A DNA stretch of 32,907 nucleotides from Reclinomonas americana ATCC 50394. Lineage: Eukaryota. The notes beneath the pieces are model-generated. The model was not told the DNA's origin. It was given only the letters and a program-made list of their open reading frames with translations, and did no database searches. Made by a program: the position numbers and the translations under genes. Location of the stretch: assembly GCA_048213135.1 (NCBI GenBank), contig PS015490.1, positions 63,228 through 96,134 on the forward strand. Reading direction: 5' to 3'. Positions 10,454 through 22,545 of the stretch are shown here, piece after piece. Every line of letters starts with the position of its first letter. Position 1 is the first letter of the stretch.

Positions 10454-12105
10454 ATGTCTCAGTTGCTTGTGGTCACTCATTTCCATGCAGTTGTGTTTGT
10501 GTTGCTGTTGATGTTGTTGTCGTTGTCACGCACGCCTTGCGGATCCTGTCAATCCCGCAGCGCCGGCCGGATTTTGCATCATTTTTCCTCTCTCCTCCAC
10601 ACACACGCACACACGCACCGCCCTCTGACATGTGGCAATGCTCTGCTTCCATCCCCAGCACCGACTACATCGAAGCGATGTGCGTGTCGGATGTCGTCTT
10701 CGTGCCTGCTTCACATCGCCGGGTGAGAATGTATGCATTTTTCCGCTCTCTCTCCATCTCTCTCCTCGCTCGCAGCACTCACTCGACTGTGGCAACACAG
10801 GCGCAGCGCGTCGCGTACGCGACAGCAGCATGTCGCATCCACGTGTTCTCGGTGCTCTTCGACCCACTGGAGATCGACATCGCGCGCACGCTCGTCATCA
10901 ATCTTGACAAGTGGGACGGAAACACGATCTATTCCCTGGCCTTCTCCCCCGTCAACCCCGACGTGCTCATTGTCGAAAGAGAAGAGATGAGCTACAGCTT
11001 CGATACGCCGTACGAGTACAGGAGGGTGACGGCGTGGAGACTGCCGCCGTTCACATTCGCTTCACCGCCAGCGGAGAAAGCGGGCTGCTTCTGCACCTCC
11101 AGCTGGGAGAAGCACATCGACAACAGCTGGCGTGTCCACATCAACGGACGATCGAGCAGCAATTGCGTTGTAGTTGACGAAGCAGACCTCGCGTCGTTCA
11201 CCGCGACTATCGTGGGCCGTGACGACAGCGGCGGAGAAGAGAGACGTATTTTTGTGTCGTCGACGCACACGATACACGGGAAGTCGACACAAGTGGACCG
11301 GATCCAGCCGGCGTGGCTGTCGGTGACTACCGGCGAAATGCAAGTATTGGGGCAGCTACGAGCCGAGGGAGATGGTCGCGCCTTGCGCCAGAACGTGGCG
11401 ATGTCACCCAGTGGAGCGCTACTGGCGTCACATGCACTCAGTCCTTCCAGTGATTGCACCGCTCAGCTCTCCTTGCGGGCCGCCGATGATGGCTCTCTGC
11501 AGAGGACATTCGACGTGCATTCCGACACGCCGTGCGCCGGCATGAACATCGAATTCTCGCATTGCGGGCGGTCGTTGTTGCTGCGCGGATTGTGTGGAGG
11601 TGCGCCGTGAACGATGGATCCCTCTCCGCGTTGCCTACCGTCTCACAGTTGTGTTGATGTCCCCCTCCGTCCATGACTAGGTGCGCCCGGCACCGCCGTG
11701 CGCCACAGTTATCGCTACGTGAACATGTTGCTCGACTTGGAGAGCGGCGAGAGCCATCGCCTGGAGGGCGAAGACAGATTTGCTACGTTTCTTCACGACA
11801 ACCGTGTCGTGCTCATCAACTCGAACTCCGTCGCAATCACGTGTACGATTCTGTCAGGTGTGGTGGCACTTGCTTCACCTCTCTCCGGCTGCCTGATCCA
11901 TGTACTGATCGCTCGTGTCGGCAAAGGGCCGTGGTGTGAAATCCGATGGCTGGCGCTGGAGGTGGACGCGGTTCGGCATGCGCTGGCCTGCGTGAACGCA
12001 ATTGAATGCGACGATGGTGATGACGGCGAGCCGCTTCCGTCGTTTGTGCTGCGCAACTTTCTCGTGGAGGATTGGCAGGTTGAGCTGCAGCGAGCGCAAA
12101 TGTAA
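10454..12105 (+). CDS. WD40/YVTN-like beta-propeller protein. Exons ~10454-10489, 10561-10722, 10801-11599, 11681-12105 with a probable extra intron at ~11859-11926; alternative start at 10630
   Basis: Blade-like motifs IYSLAFSPVNPDVLIV, VAMSPSGALLAS..QLSLRAADDGSLQRTF, IEFSHCGRSLLL and LLDLESGESHRL. Intron G|GTGCGC..actag|GT joins ORFs 10537-11610 and 11698-12105. Confidence 0.6.
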
Positions 12106-12638
12106 TGGTCGCAACCACAACAGATGAATCCGCCACGTCACACGCTTCGACGTCTCGTCGCTGTGCCGAGAAGTGTGGATCGCCGACGCCGTTGCAAGGT
12201 TTGTGCTCACTGATGGCTGATCCTGGCGGACGCTAGCACGTCGCTGACGCTTACCTGTGCGCAGCTTGAGTACATATCTGCGATAGGATCGCGAACACAC
12301 AAAACTGCAATTTACATGACCAAACAAACTGGTGTGGGCGTACACAAGGCGAGTGACTGCCAGATAAGATATGAACAGTAGTGCTCTCCACTCATGTGTC
12401 TTCTCATAAAAAGAGTTGCTTCAGCGCGACGAAGGCCGCTGCACGCTGTTTCCCGCGAGCAACGCCAGCAAATTCAAACGACACACACTTTACACAGTGA
12501 TGGGCGACACAGACACAGTCTCTGTCTTTCTCTTCTCTCGCGGAGAGTGTGCCTATGGTGCCGCCCCGGCCTCCTCATTGTTGGACTCCCGTCTGGACAT
12601 TGCCTCGGCTGTGACCACCTGTGCTCTGCAGTTTGTGG

Positions 12639-15600
12639 ATGGTGTCGAGTGCGCTGAGTCACACAACAGAGGTGCGCACGCATGCGCAGCGTGTGTGCAT
12701 TCGTGCGCCCAGTTTTTTCTGATCACACAAATATTGTGTGTGCATTGTGTGTGTGTATATAATGTGCATTGGTGGATCAGATGATACGGTCGAAGCAGGC
12801 AGCCAAGGTGCGTACTTAGATGCTTTTGCGTCGTGTGAGCTCGCTGCAGAGAATTGACTCCAGCCCTTTCCCACGGCAGATCGCCTCGATCTGATCATGA
12901 CTGTGGCGGAGCTGGTTGACGGTGTGTTGCCAAAAGCATATCAGCTTCTGCAGTGCTCTCACCGTGGCTCTCTCTCCCCCTCTCCCTCCCTCTCTGTCTC
13001 TCTCGCTCTCTCTCTCTCTCTCCGTCAGATGCTGTACCGCCTGTGGAGAGGGCATTGTGCGTCTTTGCTGCCGTCACTGCCTCGAAAATTGTACACACGA
13101 GTCGACATGTGGCTGCAACAGACGCTGTGGACGTTCTGCGTAGCGTCCATCTCGACCAGCTTGGCCCAGCACGCGAGTGCACCATCAAGCAGGTGCAGTC
13201 GGAGCTGCTCGCCGATCTTGGCTTCTGCAGTCGTTCACCAGACGACGATGCACCGGCTGTGGAAGCATGCCACCGAATGTTGGAGCGTGCACAGCAAGCG
13301 GCAGCAGCGGCCGATGTCTGGATGCTGTGGTTCGACGTGGCTTCGCAGCCCGTCGTGGCACAAGCCGACATCCGGAACGCCCGCAGCCGCCAGGCATTGT
13401 CGATGGCCATGTTCAACCCTGCTGATTACCCGCGATCGCCTGATTCCAGCAAGTGGCGTGCTGGGCCGAGGGAGCACGGTCTACTGATCATGGGGACAAA
13501 ACGCGACACGCGCGCGGACAGCGCCAGCACTACCTTTTTTGACTGGCTGAAGGTGTGCTTCTATGAGATCGAGGTCCTGTTATGTCTGTCTTGACTCACT
13601 CAAACCACGATGTCGAGTTGCAGAACCTCAGGTGGAATGTGGAGCAGCTGTGCTTGTGGATTTCCTTCCAACTGGTGCGTCCCTGAGTCTCCGAGAAGCA
13701 AATGCTCTGCCACTCGCTGCATTTTTTCGCCGTCCGCAGATTTACTGACACCGCATCGCAGGAAGCTGACGAGAAATCGTTGTTGCTGTGGGCGAAACTG
13801 CAGATGGCCACGGAACTCCAATTCTCCTCGGGTGCACGTTCCGCCCTCGACCTGCTCAACGATCATCTCCAGCAGACACGCGATGCTTCGAATGCGCCGT
13901 GCACACGGTGAGTGCTGTGCGCTCGTGCTCAACCTCTTCTTTCATGAGATCACCAGTGTTTTGACGACTGTTGTGTCGTAGACCCACCCTGGCCAGGTGC
14001 AAGAGGTGTGGTCCATGCAACTGCAAGATTGGATCGCTGGCCGACATCGACAACATTACGATGACAGTGGACGCCAACAGCGTTCAGTTGTCCACATTCG
14101 GGAAGCTCGTCGGCAACGGGGAGCGCGAGCTCGCCACTGCCGGCGTGATTTCGTTACCGCAGCCACAGCACCTGCAACAACAACAACAACAACAACAACA
14201 GCAACACCAACACCAAGCTGCTGCTCCTTCGACGATATCCGATCCCTCGGTGGCTGATCTGCTTCTGGCGACGTATCCCTGCATGCCGGTCGCATTGTTG
14301 CCGAATAATGCCGGGGCCGAGGCGCACCTGACCGCCGTACATGACACGTGCACCAAGTTGGACAAGACCTTTGGCGAGAGCACGCTTCTTGAGCGCTCCA
14401 TTGTGACGGTTATCATGAAAAACCACATGGCGCTGTGGACGGTGACCTTTGAGTCGCTCTCGTTTTGGATCCTGATCGCGGTGGTCACCGCGGCCATCAT
14501 GCAATCTGTACGTGTGTGTGTGCTTTCTCCTTTGTCGGCGTGTCTTTCGCGAGTCCTCTCTCATTGCAGTATGCTACAGCCGCCATCCACGCGAGATCTG
14601 CTCTTCGCGTTGTGGACGACAGCGTTGTGCGTTCTTTTCTTTTGGTGGCAGCGCGATGCCAGGGAGGCCGATAAGGTCTGCTAAAGCGCGCTCGCGCTCT
14701 ACAAGTCTTGTTTTCCGCTACTCATCTTTCCGACTGTGCCAAGCCGGGTGTGCTGCTCTTGCAAGAAACGAGTCGTTGGAATGAGAAGGCTCTTCGCCTG
14801 TATAGCGTGGGACGTTTCACCGCCTTCGACAATGCTCTGATGCCTCGCCGTTTCGAGACTGCTCTCCGTCAGCTCGAGTCCTGCGCATCCCATCGCCTGT
14901 GTCAGTTTCTAAATCTCGAGGGAAAGGATCGGCGACGGTGAACGGCGGCCTGTCTCGTGCACGTGGTTAGTTTTTGTATTCATGGCGCCCTACTCTGCAC
15001 GGCAGCGGTTGCTCAACTCACATCTCCTCCATGTCGGAAAAGTAGTACAATCGATGGCACGAGCTGGCAGGTGCACATGAATCCACATCCACTGTGGGCA
15101 TGTGTCAATGAATGCGAATATCCATCCGTCTTGCGCGCCCTACCACCAGCATGAGAAGCAAGTTGCTGTTTACACGACAGGCCAGCGACATCACTGGCGA
15201 GCGTTTTTTGGGCCCAGCAGAGGGTCCTTTTCGGACGGCGGCCTTGATGCGATCGGTGGCGGAAGTTGTGCATTTAGGTGTGGCAGCTCAGAGCGTCCAA
15301 TTCCACTTCCGGCTCTTGATCCTCTTCTGTCTTCGTCAACCGCGGTGCGAAGGCAGTCACAAACGCCGGGAGTTGGCATCTTTCCGGCACCTCGAAAGTC
15401 CCTGTTGCTGCATTCCACGTGAACTGCACCACAGGCAGCGGCTCCTCAGGTTCCGTGGCATCCTGCATGTTTCTGTTAGAACTAATTCGCACTCTTCCTT
15501 CTTGTTCAAGCACACTAAATCAGTACTGCCGCACTCCTGACGTCATGACAGGCTTTGGTGGGTTGTTACAGTGTGATTTGGTTGCTGGGTGGGAGACAAG

Positions 15601-15841
15601 AATGACGGCTCGCAGTGTGCTTCGAATGCACCGCGTAGCCGTGGCCTTGACCGAGGCTGACTCGGGCCCAGCACTCCCTCGTTTCAACCAACACCTGCAA
15701 CAACACGCGGCTGCCATAAAGGATATGAAGAAGACTGCGCAAGACGCCGCTCACGCCGCGCGGAAGGAGAGAGACACTGAAGTGGAGAAGACGACCGTGG
15801 AGGATACTCACGGAATCGAGAGACCGCTGGTCAACAAATAG
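12639..15841 (+). CDS. Hypothetical multi-exon protein (about 10 exons) with a Cys cluster, polyQ tract and one hydrophobic segment; start and later junctions uncertain
   Basis: Phase-consistent exon chain: MIRSKQAAK|PFPTADRLDLIMTVAELVD|DAVPPVERALC...FFDWLK|NLRWNVEQLCLWISFQL|EADEKSLLLW...APCTR|PTLARCKRCGPCNCK...AIMQS|YATAAIHARS..., ending in ORF 15419-15841. No family recognised. Confidence 0.55.
14159..14216 (+). repeat. (CAA/CAG)n polyglutamine tract within the hypothetical gene
   Basis: Encodes QPQHLQQQQQQQQQQHQHQ. Confidence 0.85.
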
Positions 15842-16114
15842 TAACCTCCTCGTGGACGTGTGCCTTTGTCTGTTGGTGCGAGAAGCTCTCTGCCGTTTTT
15901 CTAAAGAGGAGAGTGTGGGGCGGTAAAGTGGGAAGAAAATATGAATGAACCGAGTTGTGCTGGTGGTTGTCATCGCGATGTAATGCTTGCGGATGTTTTA
16001 CAGGCAGGTGGCAGGCATGTTAATGACCGCACTCTCACCTTACAGAAGACAACCTGGATTACACGAACACAAGAGACCGCTGCGATAGACATCCCGACAA
16101 AACTCGCTGCTGCT

Positions 16115-16908
16115 TCACTCCCCCTCCTTCACCCCCCTGCCCTTCTTCCCCTCCTTCCCCTTCTCCCCCCTCTTCTGCCCCATGAGCACCACTCGCGCCG
16201 GCTTCAACGTCGCCATCTCCGACGGCCGCAACCACGTCATCGACGGAGGCGGAGTGCGATCCAACAACGCGCGAATCCACGCCCCCTCGGCCTCGACCAC
16301 CGCCGCCTCCCCACCACCAACAGTCACCGCCCTCACCGCCACACACGCCACACGTGTCAACCTCAAGCACTGCGCCAGTCTCCCCTCCGGATCCAACACT
16401 GCACACAGCGGCACCTGTCTCACTTGCGCCAACACAGGCAGATTCTGCACCAGTGTCAGTGGCTGAGTGTTGCGCGACATGATGACCAGTGCCACCGAGG
16501 AGGCATTGCGTTCCAGTGTGCGTGTGATGCTGTTGATGCCAGTGAGCACGTGCTGTCGTCGCCACGTGGCATCGTCGGCGGCGACAGAGGCGGCCGCCTG
16601 CACGCGCAAGAGACCGTGGATGAACTCGTCGAGGTACTGCTCACTCTCCGAGGCCCCGAGACTGGGCCTAAGAAAGAGAGTAGAGGGAGAGTGAGTGCTT
16701 GCTCTGCTTGTGTGTGTGTGTGTCTGCGCGCTCACCATTTGTACTCGTAGGGAGTCTGCAGGTACTGCTTGGCCTGTGCGGCCTTCTTGCCGCCCTTCTT
16801 GCCTCCTTGCTTCTGTTGCACATCAGCAGCGGTCTTTTTTCTGAGTCCTTGGTTGAGCCCGGCAACGGGTGCAGGCAGGTGTGCGGTGTTCGGCTTCTTC
16901 GCGCTCAT
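16115..16908 (-). CDS. RPP38: L7Ae-fold RNase P/MRP subunit RPP38/Pop3-like. Exons 16908-16736 and 16667-16115
   Basis: MSAKKPN...YLQTPYEYKW|PSL...HVLTGINSITRTLER..VALVIMSRNTQPLTLVQNLPVLAQVRQVPLC..RLAQCLRLTRVACVAV..PPPSMTWL. It has the L7Ae core (GiN.vtr.LE, lp.l...vP, La..l.l.rv) plus the PY..WP N-terminal and WL C-terminal features typical of Pop3/RPP38. Confidence 0.75.
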
Positions 16909-16990
16909 GCAGATTGAAAGAGGAGGACAGTGGCAAAATGTTACTCTCTGTCGTTTAATTCCACTAGGTTTCTTGTTTGTACGTGCTGCA

Positions 16991-19900
16991 TTACCCGCCT
17001 TGACTGTGCAGTACAGCGAGACTGGCGACAGTGATGGCTGTGCCGCCCATCTTCACCATGAGGTTGGCCGGAGCAAAGGTTCGTCGACGTTCGCCGACGG
17101 TCGCGTTGATCCACTTTGGGAACACGAGTACGCCCAGGAATGTGGCCGTCCTGTGCACGTGCGTGTTGTTAGTGCGGGTGGAGGCCACCAAAGGCGTGAG
17201 ATGTAGGAGAGCGGTACCATGAGAAGAGGATGCGAACGAGAGTCATTTCCAGGTACACCTGTTGAGGAAGTGAGCAGCAGGCGCAGCAAGCGGTGCGTGA
17301 GGGGGAAGAAGACGAACGAGGGAGATGTCGTAGGTGATGGCCAGATAGAAAAGAACAATGGCTCGTCCGTTAAGCAGGGCGCTGCGAGAGGCGGCGCAAG
17401 TTAAGATCAGTTGCCTTCCCTAAATTCCACACGCTCACTCTCCGGCACTCTGTTCCCTCTTCCCCCACAGTGCCGACACTCTCCAACCACATCCTATTCG
17501 CCAGTCCATTCCTTTCTCTCTCACTCTGCAGCTCTCTCTTGCCCGCTCACTCTCCACATCGCCGACGATTTTCAACAATACCCTCTCTGCGACTCACTCC
17601 GTCTCTGTGCACTCCGCAAAACTTCTGTCGCTCTTAATGCCTTGCAGTGCCTCCTCCGCGTCGTCTCTCTCTTCTTTCTCTCTCATTCACTCTCTCTCTC
17701 TCTCTCTCTCTCCTTTCCATAAGCACTCAGCGAGACATGTCTGCTTCATTGAAGAGAATTCTCTTTTCTTCTCATGGGCTTCTTGCTGATCTCTCTCGCT
17801 CTCTTGATCTCTCAGATTTCCTTTCCCTCCTTCTCTCTCTCTCTCTGCCCCGCTCCATATCCTCCTCGCAGCACGTCCTTTCCCTGTCCCTCAAGTCATT
17901 CTCATCCACGTCTCTCATCTGTCTGTGCTGTTCCCTTCCCCGTCCGCCCCTCCCCCAAACCTCCCGCCCCCATTCTCCTTCATCCCCGAACCCGCATCCT
18001 CTCCTTTCTCAATCATTCTCGTCAGAACCTGTCTGCAGCATCCTGCGTCTGTGTTAGTTATCTTTCTCTCTCTCTCCATATCCTCTCCGCCGCACTTCCT
18101 TTCCCAACCTTTGTCGTCTGCATCCCTTTCCCCCCTCTCCTATCCTCCCTTCCCCTCCTTTCTTCTCCTTTCCCCCCTTCCCCCCTCTCCTATCCTCCCT
18201 TTCCCTCTATCTCTTCCCCCTCCTTCCCCCTCCCCCCTCCTCCCCCCCTCACCGATAAACAAACAACTGCACATACGCCGCTTCCCTCAGACCCTGCTTG
18301 AACGCCTGCCACATGGTCTGCCCGTGATCTTGCGGGCGATTGCAATTGTTGCGGCAAAACGGCGTCAAGTCGGTGAGGAACAGCACCGGGAACATGTACA
18401 AGGGCAGCAGCACTTGATCCTGTATTCATCCAGGCCGTGAGCGACAACCCTTCCTCCTTCTCCCTCTTTCCCCCCTCTTTCTCACCAGCGCCAAGAAGGA
18501 CCACTCGTTCTGCAGCCACTCGTTGTTGACGTAGTACTGCTCCACCCACCACAGCGCCGACACCACCGCAATGTCGATGAACAGGAAGAGAATCCACAGC
18601 GCCTTCACAATGTGACGCTGCAGGCGTGACATGCGCCGTAACCGAGCGTCGGCGCGGGAGAGGCTCTTGCGATCGGGCTCGGGGGTCTCCAGCAGCGGCT
18701 CTTGCAGCGCAGTGCTGTGCTGACTTGACGTGCGCTCCATGCTGCAGAGGAGATTTTTTGAGTGCTCTGCGGGCATCTACGCCATGTCGAGGGTGCACGC
18801 AACGTGTCCAGCTCGCGCGACGTGGCCTCGTCGTCGCTGGCGTCCTCGTTCTCCGTCGCCAGCACCACGGTCGAGTCGAGGAACCCGGTGTCAGAGTCAT
18901 CGAGTTTCTGCGTCGAAGAGTCGTGCGCGGTCTTCTCATCGCTCACATTACTCCGCGGCGTCGATGGTCTCGACGCCTGCCGCAAGCAGCGCGGCTGCCA
19001 CTTGATCCACGAGTCGGGCAGCGGCATGAGGAAGAGCACCGTGCCAATGGAGCCGAGAATGTACACCAACGCCGACGCCACTTGCCCATCGTCCAAGCCT
19101 GCACGTGTGCGCAAAATGAGCTGCGGCTACGACAAAGCACAGAGCCCCTCCTCGAGCACCCATCGCGCACCAAACAGCGTCGTGACGGGTCGCACAAGGA
19201 ACGACGAGAAGAGGCCCGACAGCACAATGACCACCAAGCCGAGCGGCTCACGGAAGAGAATCGCTGCGCGTGCGGGAAAGATGAATTGAGTGCGCCGTGA
19301 ACGAGCGCGATGAGCATGCAGGCCAACAACGAGGCACCTTCCGCAAAGTAGTACGCAATGTTGAGCAGTCCATTGAGCTGCAGAGACAGAGAGAGTCAAC
19401 GATGTGCTCTGATGGTCAACATGCACTTGAGAAGAAGAGGGCGCACCAGCAGTCCCGGATGATAGTATAATGACTCAAACATGTACCAGGGACCCTGTCG
19501 CGGGCATTCAACCACCACACAACCAGCACTTCCCGCAGGCGCACATGGCTTCGTCCCATTGTTGGCAGAGTTGGCATAGCAGGTGGCCTGATCATGCGTT
19601 GAAATGAGAGATGTGAGAGAGAGAGAGAGAAAGAGTGAGAGTGCGTAACTGTGATGGAGTTAATGTTGACTGTGTTGGCGACGCTCAGTGGGAAGGCGAA
19701 CTGGAGAATGCCAAAGATCACGAGCACCTGTGTGTGTGTGTGTGTGTGCGAGAAGATCAGCTGTTGCATGCCTCTCTGTGTGTGAGTGTGTGTGCACGCA
19801 CTTGCAGACATGAGACGAGACACATGGGCACAAGAAAGCGTCGTTTGCTTCCGCCATGATAGACGCGACAGCAGCGTTGTGCGAGTGAGTCTCCCAGTGA

Positions 19901-20025
19901 GCCCAGCAGTCTGTGTTTTCGCAGAGAGTGAGTGGCACACACACAGAGAGAGAAGGGGAGAGAGAGAGAGAGAGAGTATGCAACTGCACGCAGACAATGA
20001 TCCATAGTGGCGGCGCGTCGCGCAT
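16991..20025 (-). CDS. EamA/drug-metabolite transporter (DMT) superfamily-like membrane protein, about 11 exons, two halves separated by a long hydrophilic loop
   Basis: Spliced translation: MRDAPPLWII|VLVIFGILQFAFPLSV..|ATCY..WYMFESLYYHPGLL|LNGLLNIAYYFAE|AILFREPLGLVVIVLSGLFSSFLV..|GLDDGQVASALVYILGSIGTVLFL..loop..KALWILFLFIDIAVVSALWW..|DQVLLPLYMFPVLFL..|ALLNGRAIVLFYLAITYDISL|VYLEMTLVRILFSW|TATFLGVLVFPKWINATVGE..ANLMVKMGGTAITVASLAVL*. The C-terminal part resembles EamA TM8-10. Confidence 0.65.
17405..18255. repeat. Long polypyrimidine (+) / polypurine (-) low-complexity tract filling an 895-nt intron of the EamA-like gene
   Basis: CT-rich with (CT)n and C-runs. Bounded by donor GC|GTATGT (18276) and acceptor ctcgcag| (17382) on the minus strand. 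Confidence 0.8.
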
Positions 20026-20155
20026 GTTGCCGGAGGTGAGGAAGACTCCGTTGATCGACAGCCGGATTGGTTGTAACAACACAAGCAGCAACAAATTCAT
20101 TATACGTTTTCTTTTTAACACGACAGCCCACGCATCCGCAGTGCGACCGACAAGA

Positions 20156-22509
20156 TCACACGTTGCGGCTGAGAGTGCTCCTTCTAAAGTTTGGTGGCAC
20201 TCCGCTGCCGCCCGGTGGCGAGGAGCTGCGGCCGAGATGCAAGAGGTTTTGCGCTGCGCGCATGCCCTGTTCTCGTGCGTAGCGCTGTCGCTGGTTCTGC
20301 GGCCGGCTGCCCATGTAGCGAGTGTACAGGAAGAATAGCACGACGCAGACGACCATTAGCAGCAGCCAGGTGGATGTCATGAGGCCGAGGAATTGTCCAT
20401 CAGCTGAAGACGCTGCGCGGATGAGAAGTGAGTCGCGAAGGAACAGGCGACGTCTTGCGCTTCTCCCCTCGCCACGACGCAACAGTACTCCAACCCGTCC
20501 ATATCGGTGCGTGGTCTGAACTCGTGAGCCGCCGTGATTTTTGTCGGAGCTGGAGGACTGACCACCGGCAACGGTATCTGCTGGTGTGCCGGCAGCGACG
20601 TCGGCTTCTTCCACGACACCCACCGGATTGATCCATCTGCCGCGAAGGAAAAAAGAGAGTGTGAGCACCTTCCAAGTCATCAGGCTGGCGACAAGGAAAG
20701 GCGGTGCACGCACCCGAGCCGCCGAGGTAGCTTTGCTGATTACGACCGGTGCGTGGCGCCACCGGTGCGAATCGCGCCACCGGACACCGAGCTTGCGGTG
20801 TCCACGACTTGCGATACAACTCAAAGTTGGCCGGTCGTGGCAAGGTCAGCGAAGCGTCCGAAGGAGATCTGCGACCGCGTGAGTGATTAGAGGAGAGAGA
20901 ATGAGCGAAAGGGGGGGGGGGGGACGCAACAGTGTGTGCTTGCTGGCAGGCAGTCGGGCGTCGCCCGCCGGCAGATCCGCCGGCACCACAAACGGATGAT
21001 TGAGCAGCGGAACGCGATCCAGCAGCGGACCCAGTTGCCCGGTGGTGGTGTATCTGCACCAAAAGATGATGAGAAGAAAGACGTCGTGCGCCACGTCGAC
21101 GATGACGCAACGTAATCATGTGCTCAAAGAGCCAAAAGCATGGCATGGAGAGATGGTGATCGTCGACGCAGCTCGAGTCGCCAAATACCGCCACACGACC
21201 GGGGTTCTTGGCCAAGTCGAGCCGCCTGTCTCGCCGACAAAACAATGAGTGACAATGTCAGGCACACAAACATCTCTTTCTCGTGAGTCGTTCTACACGC
21301 ACCGCACATCGTACAGGCCGAGGATGGCGGCGTTGGTGACTGCGCGAACACCCTCCAACAGCAACTGACTAGAGTGGCTGATTTGGGTTTGCAACAGGCG
21401 ACCACCGGGTGGGAAGCGCACAATGTGAGTGCCGGATGCAATCTGTCGAGCGAGTGAGTGTGACTCCATCGAGAGTGTCATTTTGCCTCCCACACACACA
21501 CACCTTACTCGTGTGCTCGCCCAGAGTAAACGACCCATCCACTACGGTGTTGCCGAAGGCAATTCCCCAACTCATCAGCAGCTCGTTCAGACCGGGCACA
21601 TGCGACCCGCCCGTCAGGCAGTCCCACTGCGATTTGGTGTTGTCGTCGAAGAATTGCAGCTTCTGCACCACCCGATTGTCGAACCAGTCGGCCATCACCA
21701 GCAGCGACAGGCCACCGTGATTGACATCCTGAACGGCGCGTAAGGAGATCGATACCGACACACCGAGAGAGCACGTCAAAGACAGACACACGCACCCGCG
21801 ACAGCTTCTCAATCTCCGACGGGTGGAAATCGGTCTCCGTGTCCACCAAGATCAGCGTGCTATACAAACTGGCGTTGAAGCAGGTGAAATCGGTCTCCAG
21901 AATCTCCACAAACAGCGGCAGTGGCTCCGGCTCGTCTGGCAGTGTGATCCGAGTACGCAGAAGCGAGGCCAGCAGGGAGCGGAAGTTGGTGTGCAGGTGG
22001 TCGCCGTGCGAGTCGAGAATGTTGTCGGTGACCTGTGACGGGTCGCGGGGGTCAGCAAGGGTGGATTAACCAACAAGAGGAACAAAGACTCAAGAGGACA
22101 AAGTAGTCCAGGCTGTCACTCTACCGATGGCAAGATGCTGCCCCTATCAGCAATTCTGCTCACATCGGTGACGCGAGCCAACAAGCGACACACCACTCTC
22201 GCGTACACTCTCTTTCACAAAAAATAGATATGAAACCAACAGCACCACAGTCGATCACAAAAACTATTTGACTCACTCTTGTCCTCTCTCCCCTCTCTCG
22301 CACAAGTGCAACATCAGCAGCAGCACTGTCTATCGTAACTACTGATTGACTATCAGTCCTTTTCTCTCCCCCTTCCACTCTCTCTCTCTCTCACACACAA
22401 GCAAATCAGCAACACCGCTGTCGATCGTAACAACAGACAATCCCTCTCATGTGAGCGTGCACGTGCAGAAACATCACCATAGCGGTAATCTGCATAGACG
22501 AACTCTCTG

Positions 22510-22545
<36 letters not shown>

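Noticed and set aside
17647-18440. Pro/Ser/Leu/Phe-rich + strand ORFs
   Set aside because: They arise from the stop-poor polypyrimidine tract of an intron.
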